Numbered from the stretch's first letter, positions 1 to 6,836 are shown. The stretch is 32,000 nucleotides of DNA from Candidatus Saccharimonadota bacterium (GCA_016699145.1 CP064962.1:690001-722000); one strand, 5' to 3'. Numbers and translations: made by a program. Notes: generated by a model not told the origin, from the sequence alone.

Positions 1-577
1 TAGCCCAGGCCACCAAATCCGAGACCAATGACACTCCAAAAATCCGCTCCCCGAGGTAAAGATCAATCACCACTAGAGCGATAAAATAAGGTGTACTTTT
101 ATCCAAAAAATCCAGATAAGTCGCCCGATAACGCACCGGAACAAACAGAGTCAAAAACTTAGATCCATCCAAGGGCGGAAAAGGCAGCATATTGAATAAA
201 AAAAGCACAATGGAAAGTTGCAAGACCGCTCCAAAAAAAAACTGTAAAAAACTCACAGGCAAATAACTGTAAGGAATGGCTGCGGCAAATGCCAAAATCA
301 AATTGGCCGCCGGACCAGCCAAAGCCGTGAACGCCTCATCTCGAAAGGGCTTTTCAAAGTTTCTGGGGTTCACAGGCACCGGCTTCCCCCATCCTATGCC
401 CACAAAAAACAGCATCAGTGTGCCTAGCACATCCAAATGCCGCAAAGGATTCAAACTGATCCGCCCCGCCCGTTCCGCCGTGGGGTCCCCCAGACGCATG
501 GCCACCCACGCATGACTGGCCTCATGAACCGTGAGGATTAAAACCAGCGCCAAAAGATAGTGAAGCGAAAGAAACAT
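1..577 (-). CDS. Site-2 protease / peptidase M50-family membrane metalloprotease (3' end cut by the window edge)
   Basis: Hand translation of the minus strand from ATG at 577: MFLSLHYLLALVLILTVHEASHAWVAMRLGDPTAERAGRISLNPLRHLDVLGTLMLFFVGIGWGKPVPVNP...LFLFNMLPFPPLDGSKFLTLF... It carries HExxH (HEASH) and the downstream NxxPxxPLDG motif typical of M50/S2P. It is absent from the ORF track because it runs off the window. The track ORF 276..515(+) is its antisense shadow. Confidence 0.75.
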   Translation of the reverse strand, partial: MFLSLHYLLALVLILTVHEASHAWVAMRLGDPTAERAGRISLNPLRHLDVLGTLMLFFVGIGWGKPVPVNPRNFEKPFRDEAFTALAGPAANLILAFAAAIPYSYLPVSFLQFFFGAVLQLSIVLFLFNMLPFPPLDGSKFLTLFVPVRYRATYLDFLDKSTPYFIALVVIDLYLGERIFGVSLVSDLVAWA

Positions 578-600
578 ACCCCTTCCTTTTAACAAAAAAT

Positions 601-628
601 TTGACAAACGACAAACATTCTTTAAGGT
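601..628 (+). promoter_or_regulatory. Sigma70-like promoter TTGACA-N16-TAAGGT upstream of the 651..2458 gene trio
   Basis: Perfect -35 TTGACA at 601-606, a 16-nt spacer, then TAAGGT at 623-628. The ATG is at 651. It lies in the 73-nt divergent spacer shared with the M50 gene. Confidence 0.4.
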
Positions 629-650
629 TTGATCCATATCATTTTCACCC

Positions 651-1307
651 ATGTACGGAATTCCTGTTAAAGAATACACCCCCGCTCAAAAATGGATCTT
701 AGCCTCCACGGCCCATTTGGCCGAAGCCTGGGGAGACTCTTTCAATCATCTGGGGACTTATCAACCCACACCCGGGAACAAAGACATGACGCAAGGAATT
801 TTGAATAACGCGTGGGAGGTGACTTCAAAAAACGACCTGCTCGGTGTGCTAAACTGGTTAGAGCACACAGGGGACCGCAGCGCTTGGGAAAGAGATGACA
901 TGTTGGCATGGGATTTGGTGCGTTACATTTATCTTTGCGGCATGGGACATACAGCCGGATTTTTAAATGAAAAAGAAAGCTGGGAACTTTGCTTCCCCAT
1001 CGCTAGATTGCTCCAGAAAAAGTACAGCTCTTGGAGAAGTTTAGGAGCCAAATACATTGAAGGAAGAACCCTTTGGGGTGGCGATAAAAAAGACAATAAA
1101 ACTTTAGAAACTGCCTGCAAAACCCTATTCGACGACACCTCAAGCTTGTGGTACATGGACTGGCGCACCCCTCTGAATGAAGAAGAGTTGGTGCTCAAAG
1201 AAGTCCCCATCATTTCCAAAACCTACATGTTCTTTTTGTATGTATTTGTGATTATGTTCTCCATTGCTTTTGTCATCGGTTTATTCACCGTCTTGTCTAA
1301 ACTCTAA
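651..1307 (+). CDS. DUF1266-like protein with C-terminal transmembrane anchor
   Basis: 218-aa ORF. The segment AWDLVRYIYLCGMGHTAGFLNEKESWELCFPIARLLQKKYSSWRSLGAKYIEGRTLWGG matches my recollection of the DUF1266 signature (aWDl.R...gy.aGyl.e.EaW...SW.el...GR..W). The hydrophobic tail MFFLYVFVIMFSIAFVIGLFTVL looks like a TM helix. Confidence 0.6.
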   Translation: MYGIPVKEYTPAQKWILASTAHLAEAWGDSFNHLGTYQPTPGNKDMTQGILNNAWEVTSKNDLLGVLNWLEHTGDRSAWERDDMLAWDLVRYIYLCGMGHTAGFLNEKESWELCFPIARLLQKKYSSWRSLGAKYIEGRTLWGGDKKDNKTLETACKTLFDDTSSLWYMDWRTPLNEEELVLKEVPIISKTYMFFLYVFVIMFSIAFVIGLFTVLSKL

Positions 1308-1310
1308 GCA

Positions 1311-2144
1311 ATGAAACACGTCCTCCCCACCTATTCACTTTCTGGAAATACGGACCCAAACGGCGCTGTAGGCGCCTTGGCGGCAGGTTTGATCAGCTGT
1401 TTGTTATTGGGTCCACTCTACGCACTGCTCGTCTTTTATGTGCCCTTCATTTACATTCTTTTTGTCTTCACTCTTGCCTACGGAATTCTCGTTGGGAAAA
1501 GCGTGGGATGGGCCGCATTGAAAGGCAATCTGCAAAACCAAAAAATCGCCGTCCTCTTGGGCTTTGTAACAGGTTTATTTGCCGTCTACGTTCAATGGGT
1601 GATTTGGCTTTACCTTCAGGAAGGCGCTTGGTTTTTCAACCCAATGGAAGGAATGGGTGCCCTACAAAACCTGGCCCTTCAAGGCGTCTGGAGTCTAAAT
1701 AGCTGGACCCCAACCGGCAACTCTTTGTACGGCATCTGGGCCTTAGAAGCAGCCGTAATCGTCAGCCTCAGCAGTTTGATGAGCGTTTATTACCTCCGCG
1801 ACTCGATCTATTGCGAAGAGTGCAAACAATGGCTAGATGACCAAAAACAGGAGGAATCCATCGTGAGTTTGCCCAATGAAGAGCTGATGAACCGAATCTA
1901 TTCGGGCGATCTCGAGGCCTTTAAAAAACTCCGCACTTATAAAAACACCCAATCCGACTACGAAATCCCCGATCCTTACGCCCGTCTAACCCTCAATCAA
2001 TGCCCTCAATGCAAAAATTTGAATGTCTTGAGTTTGATCAAATGCAGTTACTACACCAACGCCGAAGGTGAGCTCCAGGTGGCAGAAGACACACTCATAG
2101 ACAAACTTTTGATCGACAATTTGCTGTACCAAGCCCTCATTTAA
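1311..2144 (+). CDS. Polytopic membrane protein with C-terminal C4 zinc-ribbon-like domain (unknown function)
   Basis: 277-aa ORF starting 3 nt after the previous stop. The N-terminal ~165 aa contain 4-5 hydrophobic helices. The soluble tail has CEECKQW ... CPQCKNL (CxxC-N59-CxxC). Confidence 0.6.
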   Translation: MKHVLPTYSLSGNTDPNGAVGALAAGLISCLLLGPLYALLVFYVPFIYILFVFTLAYGILVGKSVGWAALKGNLQNQKIAVLLGFVTGLFAVYVQWVIWLYLQEGAWFFNPMEGMGALQNLALQGVWSLNSWTPTGNSLYGIWALEAAVIVSLSSLMSVYYLRDSIYCEECKQWLDDQKQEESIVSLPNEELMNRIYSGDLEAFKKLRTYKNTQSDYEIPDPYARLTLNQCPQCKNLNVLSLIKCSYYTNAEGELQVAEDTLIDKLLIDNLLYQALI

Positions 2145-2167
2145 TCTTTACTTCTAACCTTTTAATC

Positions 2168-2458
2168 ATGCCCTCCGATACCCCCACCATCTTGCTCGTG
2201 GCAGGCTGTGTCTTCTTTGCCGTCAGTGTCTTTTCTTTCCTGTCCATATTCATCAACCTTCCAGGCGTACTGGGGAGCTGGTTCGGCAAGAAAAACGAAT
2301 ATAAAATTTTCTTTTTAATGAACCAATCCAAGGTCCGAGGCCTAGTCGAACTACTTCTGATCCCCGTGCCCGAACGTTATCACCCCCAAGGCGCACGTCT
2401 CGTCGTGTCCATTCTAGGAGTCCTCGTGACTTATGGAATGATTTTCGGATGGGCTTGA
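2168..2458 (+). CDS. Small membrane protein (2-3 predicted TM helices), unknown function
   Basis: 96-aa ORF 23 nt after the previous gene on the same strand. Hydrophobic stretches include ILLVAGCVFFAVSVFSFLSIFI and LVVSILGVLVTYGMIFGW. Confidence 0.45.
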   Translation: MPSDTPTILLVAGCVFFAVSVFSFLSIFINLPGVLGSWFGKKNEYKIFFLMNQSKVRGLVELLLIPVPERYHPQGARLVVSILGVLVTYGMIFGWA

Positions 2459-2472
2459 TGTCCTTTTTTCGC

Positions 2473-2501
2473 TTGCCAAACCCTTTCTTCTCCTTTAAGA
2501 T
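2473..2501 (+). promoter_or_regulatory. Sigma70-like promoter TTGCCA-N17-TAAGAT upstream of rpmB
   Basis: TTGCCA at 2473-2478, a 17-nt spacer, then TAAGAT at 2496-2501. The ATG is at 2525. Confidence 0.35.
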
Positions 2502-2524
2502 TACGCGGCATTTGATACCTTTTT

Positions 2525-2776
2525 ATGTCTAAAGTTTGCCAACTCACCGGCGCACGTCCTAAAAGTGGACACAATGTTTCTCACTCCAATCGCAAAACGA
2601 AGCGCCGTTATCTTCCCAATTTGATCAAAAAACAGGTCTTGGATGAAAGTTCCGGCACAATGGTCAGCATTCGCATGACCGCTCGCGCCGCTCGCACCCT
2701 CGCAAAGAATCCAAGAAAGTTCCGCGATCAGGTTAAATTGCTCGCTAAAAAAAGCTTGAAGAAGAGTATAAAATAA
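2525..2776 (+). CDS. rpmB: 50S ribosomal protein L28
   Basis: MSKVCQLTGARPKSGHNVSHSNRKTKRRYLPNL is the canonical L28 N-terminus. The 83-aa protein has a basic C-terminal extension. Confidence 0.9.
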   Translation: MSKVCQLTGARPKSGHNVSHSNRKTKRRYLPNLIKKQVLDESSGTMVSIRMTARAARTLAKNPRKFRDQVKLLAKKSLKKSIK

Positions 2777-2815
2777 AGTAGACTCAAACCGCTTTCAGAA
2801 TAAGCACCCAAAAAC

Positions 2816-2842
2816 AGCTCCTTCAAAGACGGGGCTTTTTTT
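2816..2842 (+). terminator. Putative intrinsic terminator after rpmB
   Basis: AGCTCC (2816-2821) pairs with GGGGCT (2831-2836), including one G-U pair, around a 9-nt loop. A T7 run follows (2836-2842). Confidence 0.4.
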
Positions 2843-2886
2843 GGGCCTAAAATTCAGGTAGGGTAGATGCTCGTTTCACCTTCAAC

Positions 2887-3265
2887 ATGAAAACAGCTGC
2901 TCTTCTAGCCTTTCTCAGCCTCTTCACACTCACCGCCTGCCTGACTGGTGGAACAGAGGTGTCCGAAGAACCCACTTTCTCCTAAAGAAAGCGGACAGAC
3001 CATTACCGAAATGAAAGCGGCATTAGAAAGTGAAACAGGGGCTCCCGAGCTAGGCGCTCCACAGTGGGAATCCCTAAACATCGGAGGTTTTGAAGCGCTC
3101 AAAGTCACCGAAGCGGGCATGGGTGGAGGCATCATCACCCTTTATATAGCCAAGGATGAAACGAATCAGCCCGTTTACGAAATCCGCGGGAATTTCTTAA
3201 ATGAAGATTGGACGGATGAAATTCTCAAAACCTTCCAAGAAAGCGCCGTATTCGTCAGCAATTGA
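2887..3265 (+). pseudogene. Lipoprotein gene split by a +1 frame change just after the lipobox
   Basis: ATG at 2887 encodes MKTAALLAFLSLFTLTAC|LTGGTEVSEEPTFS*, with lipobox LTAC and a stop at 2983-2985. The 105-aa track ORF 2948..3265 continues in the next frame (..PKESGQTITEMKAALESETGAPELGAPQWESLNIGGFEALKV...). That frame has a stop at 2942-2944, so the two parts can only be joined by a shift between 2945 and 2985. Confidence 0.55.
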
Positions 3266-3332
3266 TTTGATTTTAAGGCTTATTTCCGCTAAAAAGAGTC
3301 CGCTTCTTTCAAGAATTTTGAAAAAGCCAAAC

Positions 3333-3422
3333 GGAGGGGTCGCATAGTGGCCTAGTGCGCACGCTTGGAAAGCGTGTAAGTTCGAAAGGGCTTCGGGAGT
3401 TCGAATCTCCCCCCCTCCGCCA
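3333..3422 (+). tRNA. tRNA-Ser (anticodon GGA), class II, CCA encoded
   Basis: Hand-folded cloverleaf:
- acceptor GGAGGGG/CCCCTCC
- 3-bp D stem GCA/TGC
- anticodon stem CACGC/GCGTG with loop TTGGAAA (anticodon GGA)
- 18-nt variable arm
- T arm GGGAG-TTCGAAT-CTCCC
- discriminator G followed by CCA. Confidence 0.9.
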
Positions 3423-3545
3423 GAAATCACGAAAGCAAAACCTAACGGTTTTTTACCAGTGGGACCTACGAGACCCACTGAAAAATCTCTACGCACGCTC
3501 AAGTCCTCCTTCTCACCCCTCTGGGCAATAGACGAGAAGAACACA

Positions 3546-3962
3546 TCAAACGTTTAAGGCTTTCCTCATTTTTTCGATCGCTTCTTTGTAGCTTTGGGGC
3601 TTTTTGCCAGGAATACTTTCCATAGGCATGAAAACCATTTCACGACCATCCTTTAGAGCTATTCGAAACAGGTAAAGGCGCCCAAGGTGACTCAATTTAG
3701 CTTCTTCTATTTCGGAGACCTCAAAAGACCCCATTCCTTCTTGAGTGAATGCTTCATTGCTCCAAGGATTCAGAGCGAGCAAATAAAATCTGTTTTTGGC
3801 ATAGGCCAAAGTACAGAATTTTCTATATCTAAGCAGCATCAAGGCTAAAAAAATCATGGGCATCCTGAAACCGCGAGTTTCTAAAACAAAGAGGAAGAAT
3901 TCAGGCTTTTGCCCGACAATTTGCTGTAAGTCACGGATGATTTGATCGTCGAGAGCAGACAT
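3546..3962 (-). CDS. Orphan 138-aa protein, possibly a bacterial PH-like (YokE-like) fold
   Basis: Intact ORF with no motif I can name. The pattern of alternating beta-like segments (FCTLAYAKNRFYLLALNP ... LYLFRIALKDGREMVFMPM) followed by a terminal helix is only weakly reminiscent of bPH domains. Confidence 0.5.
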   Translation of the reverse strand: MSALDDQIIRDLQQIVGQKPEFFLFVLETRGFRMPMIFLALMLLRYRKFCTLAYAKNRFYLLALNPWSNEAFTQEGMGSFEVSEIEEAKLSHLGRLYLFRIALKDGREMVFMPMESIPGKKPQSYKEAIEKMRKALNV

Positions 3963-3988
3963 GAGAATTGATGTTAATTGACTTTATT

Positions 3989-4010
3989 CTAGAGGCCATC
4001 TCAAAAAAAG
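3989..4010 (+). repeat. Copy 1 of the CTAGAG-N5-CTC-poly(A) motif (ctagaggccatctcaaaaaaag)
   Basis: 3989-4008 is the exact reverse complement of 14854-14873 (20/20 nt). The two differ only by A7 versus A6 before the next shared G. The motif lies 26 nt upstream of the ATG (3962) of the minus-strand 138-aa gene. Confidence 0.85.
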
Positions 4011-4234
4011 GAAGAACATTGGAGTTTTAAGCGAAACAATCATCCCTTTTGACCAAATGACTCGTATGCTTGCTCAAGTTGAAGCCATCCCTACCCTTCG
4101 AAAAATAGACCTTGTGGATCTGAATGCCGTGGATGAACGCTTCAAACAATCCGCCTTAAAAGAAGCCAAAACTCTCCCTTTAATGCAAAACCATGAATGA
4201 AAGTTCAGGGATAAGGACTTCCACCAATCTTTAC

Positions 4235-5806
4235 CTACTCTGCCCTTTCCACCTCCAAAGCTGCGCGGAATCTTTCAATGTTCTCACCAATGATTGCTTT
4301 AACCTGTAAACTGAGCGGGTTGCGGGCAAGAGCATCCATCGCTGCTGCAAACTGAGTGAATTCATCCATTTCAAAGCTCGTCACGGACGCCACTGCCAAA
4401 CGCGTTTCCAACATCGCAACCATGCGGTCAAGCACTGTCGTCATCCCTACGGCAAAAAGCATCGTCTCTAAGCCCTGCTGGCGTTGCACCTCTGTGGCCC
4501 CCTTCTCCCGAAGGGTATGCCCAATCGTGTGAAAGTAGACCGCCATACCATAGAGGTCAAAGAGCATCTGGGCATACTTATCTGGCTTGACTGCAAACTC
4601 TCTCTCAAGGTCTCTCAACTCCCGAGTTTGCCATCCCGACATGTTGAATCTAGAAAAGACCCCTTTTGCTTTCTCTCTCAAAGCACATAGTTTTAGATAG
4701 CCACTGTCAATAGCCCCACCACCCAAGTTATCTTTTAGTGTCTTTTCGATTTTTTTATCTTGCTCATAGGCTTGCCGATGCGCAGCAAGGAACTCTCGCC
4801 TTACAAAGGTGTACTTAGACAACTCGGGCCAGTTTAGTTTTAAAGCTTTCCCTTGCTCGGTATCGATGGTCCGCTTATCTATTTCGGACTTCTTTCCTTC
4901 ACGAAGTGCCTGCACTTTAGCATCCGCACTATTGTCGACACGGTAACACTCGTACAATTTGTACAAGTGTTCATAAAGCTCTTCGGGAGAACTTATATCC
5001 TCATCCCCACCGTTGAGCCCAGAAATCATCCAGCGTACGAATTGATCCACTTTATGGGGCTTTTCAGGGTCAGAAAGACCTCCTAGTTTAGTTTGGGAAA
5101 ACTGAAGGAGGTCATTCAAAGAAAGAGGTAAAGGAGGTAAGAGAAGCAATTTATTGTCACCCCCTGAAAACCACTCACACTCTCCTCCAGAACCAGGAGA
5201 TAGATTCACCTTATCGAAAGCGCTAATGAAAAAACTAAAAAGCTGATGGAATTCCTGTTCAATATGAGGGGACTCCACCGTGATGGTCTTGAGCTTCTTG
5301 ATCAGCCCTTCGTCGCCAGGCATTAATTTTCTCAAAATAGCCTTCACGCTTCGATGTCCAGTCGGTAAAAAAGATATCGCGTTCAAAAGTTTCGCCTCAT
5401 CCTCTATAAGCAAGCGCATGGCCGCCGCCATCGTGTTGGAACCTTCCAGTTGTTGCAATCTCTCTCTAGGATTATCGATGGTCTGATTCCAGGCCTCCCT
5501 TCTCTCTTCCAAACGGACCTCATCCACACGCTGGACCTGTGCTTCAATTTCAGCATTGTGAGTTCGAATGACACCATTCGCTCGCTCAAACTTCCTTCCA
5601 ACCGCCAAATACTTTTCATACTGTTCCCCTGCTGCTTCCATAGCTTCGCGAAAGAAGTTTTCATTTCCTCCATTGACTTCGTCTTTAATCAAACGGTCAA
5701 TCGCCTCCATAGTTAGAGGGGATGCCTGAAGGGGGACAGGCTCCGTAGAAAGGGCTTTTAGATCTGACTGTTTTCCCGCACTGCTCATAAGTAGATGATA
5801 AAACAT
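4235..5806 (-). CDS. Orphan 523-aa soluble, probably all-helical protein (unknown function)
   Basis: Long intact ORF with no TM segment, no signal peptide and no P-loop, nuclease or other catalytic motif that I recognise. The N-terminal third looks like a coiled coil. The alternative start at 5788 (MSSAGKQ..) is favoured by promoter geometry. Confidence 0.7.
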   Translation of the reverse strand: MFYHLLMSSAGKQSDLKALSTEPVPLQASPLTMEAIDRLIKDEVNGGNENFFREAMEAAGEQYEKYLAVGRKFERANGVIRTHNAEIEAQVQRVDEVRLEERREAWNQTIDNPRERLQQLEGSNTMAAAMRLLIEDEAKLLNAISFLPTGHRSVKAILRKLMPGDEGLIKKLKTITVESPHIEQEFHQLFSFFISAFDKVNLSPGSGGECEWFSGGDNKLLLLPPLPLSLNDLLQFSQTKLGGLSDPEKPHKVDQFVRWMISGLNGGDEDISSPEELYEHLYKLYECYRVDNSADAKVQALREGKKSEIDKRTIDTEQGKALKLNWPELSKYTFVRREFLAAHRQAYEQDKKIEKTLKDNLGGGAIDSGYLKLCALREKAKGVFSRFNMSGWQTRELRDLEREFAVKPDKYAQMLFDLYGMAVYFHTIGHTLREKGATEVQRQQGLETMLFAVGMTTVLDRMVAMLETRLAVASVTSFEMDEFTQFAAAMDALARNPLSLQVKAIIGENIERFRAALEVERAE

Positions 5807-5823
5807 AACTGAAGTTTAGTCAA
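5795..5823 (-). promoter_or_regulatory. Sigma70-like promoter TTGACT-N17-TATCAT placed 6 nt before ATG 5788 (leaderless geometry)
   Basis: The minus strand reads cacTTGACTaaacttcagttatgtttTATCATctacttATGagc. The -35 box is the complement of 5818-5823 and the -10 box the complement of 5795-5800. The IS left end (5829) sits 5 nt upstream of the -35. Confidence 0.4.
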
Positions 5824-5828
5824 GTGCC

Positions 5829-6758
5829 TGTAATGGTTCAATAGCTTTGCATCACCCCTGTGCAAAGATATGGACATGGCATACACACAAAATCCCCATC
5901 TGCCTCGGGTGCGAATGGAGGCAGCAAAGTTAGTTCTGGAAAAGGCTGGAGCACACGCGAAGTGGCCAGACACACAGGTTTTAACCAAAGCAGCATTGTG
6001 CGGTGGGTGGAAAAGCTCAGAGGCAATAACTATGGCCACACCATTCCCACAGAAAGCTCACGTCCCCATTCGCACCCCAGTGAGCTTTCTGCAGAGACAG
6101 TGCAGAAAGTCATAGAGTACAGACTCAAGTACCAGCGGTGTGCAGAAGTGATTCACTATTTTCTGGAAAGAGATGGCTACGAAGTGAGTCTTTCCAGTGT
6201 GAAGAGAACACTCAAAAGGAACGAGATGACCAAATACAGCAAGTGGAAGAAGTGGCACCAGTATGAGGAAAGACCGCGGCCTGAAAAACCAGGCATATTG
6301 GTGCAAATAGACACGATTGTGGATGGGCCTTATTATGACAGACTTTATGTATACACTATGCTGGACGTGTGCAGCAGATGGGCCTCTGCTATGCCGGTGA
6401 TGAAGATTGGAACCCACGCAAGTTGGGAGTTTATTCAGCACTCACAAGAAGACATGCCCTTTGAACTTAAAATGATCCAGACAGACCATGGAAGTGAGTT
6501 TTCCAAGTGGCTCACTAAAACGCTTGTAGCTAATGAAATTCAGCACAGGCATTCAAGAGTACGAACACCCACAGACAATGCCTATGTGGAGAGATTCAAC
6601 AGAACCATCCAGGAGGAATGCCTCTCCCGAGTCCCAAAGACTTTAGAGGCTTACAAAAAAGCAATCCCTGACTTCCTTCACTATTACAATTTTGAACGTC
6701 CTCACATGGGTCTTCACATGCTAACTCCTAACGAAGTGATGCAAAGCTATTGATTACA
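5829..6758 (+). mobile_element. IS481-family insertion sequence (about 930 bp)
   Basis: Terminal inverted repeats: the left end is TGTAATggttCAATAGCTTTGCATCAC (5829-5855). The right end is GTGATGCAAAGCTATTGATTACA (6736-6758). All 23 right-end positions match once a 4-nt ggtt insertion in the left end is allowed. The ends are TGT...ACA. The transposase stop TGA (6751-6753) lies inside the right repeat, as is common in this family. AGTGCC occurs on both flanks (5823-5828 abutting the left end; 6763-6768, 4 nt beyond the right end), so a target duplication is only tentative. Confidence 0.8.
5870..6753 (+). pseudogene. IS481-family DDE transposase (rve integrase core), N-terminal HTH split by a frameshift near 5944
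   Basis: The DDE triad context is visible: LVQIDTIV, IQTDHGSEF, NAYVERFNRTIQEE, ending YNFERPHMGL. The N-terminus MDMAYTQNPHLPRVRMEAAKLVLEK is in the frame of ATG 5870. The continuation GWSTREVARHTGFNQSSIVRWVEKLRG...SSRPHSHP is in the frame of the track ORF 5860..6753, whose own first ~28 residues look like noise. A -1 switch at GGAAAAGG (5938-5945) restores an IS481-type HTH. Confidence 0.75.
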
Positions 6759-6779
6759 AAACAGTGCCAAGGCCCCACT

Positions 6780-6801
6780 AAAAAACCCCGCTTGCGCAGG
6801 G
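6780..6801 (-). terminator. Intrinsic terminator of the small lipoprotein gene
   Basis: The minus strand reads CCCTGC-GCAA-GCGGGG: a 6-bp stem with one G-U pair and a GNRA-type tetraloop, followed by TTTTTT. A second hairpin, CTTTAGC-aac-GCTAAAG, lies at 6810-6826. Confidence 0.55.
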
Positions 6802-6836
6802 CCTTTAGTCTTTAGCAACGCTAAAGCGAGGGAAGA

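Noticed and set aside
276-515. 79-aa ORF on the plus strand at the left edge
   Set aside because: The opposite strand encodes a clear M50/S2P protease (HEASH, PLDG motifs) that the track omitted because it runs off the window.
3449-3485. Hairpin CAGTGGG-N10-CCCACTG downstream of the tRNA, considered as a terminator
   Set aside because: The T6 run precedes the stem and the A5 run follows it, so on either strand the U-tract would be upstream of the hairpin. This is the wrong geometry for an intrinsic terminator. It may simply extend the stem with A-U pairs. No function could be supported.
4057-4200. 47-codon plus-strand ORF in the 272-nt gap between the two orphan genes
   Set aside because: It has no recognisable motif, no promoter that I can support, and lies on the opposite strand to its neighbours. 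It could be a gene remnant or a small protein, but there is not enough evidence to annotate it as a feature. It is mentioned in the island finding.
5560-5569. 10-nt identity (GAGTTCGAAT) with the T-arm of tRNA-Ser (3397-3406), considered as a possible attR
   Set aside because: It is too short and lies inside the 523-aa coding sequence. It does not include the tRNA 3' end and has no associated integrase. It is most likely chance.
5860-5943. GTG start at 5860 for the transposase, as given in the ORF track
   Set aside because: The first ~28 residues in that frame (VQRYGHGIHTKSPSASGANGGSKVSSGK) look like noise. The IS481-type N-terminus is encoded in the adjacent frame from ATG 5870, so a frameshift explains the data better.
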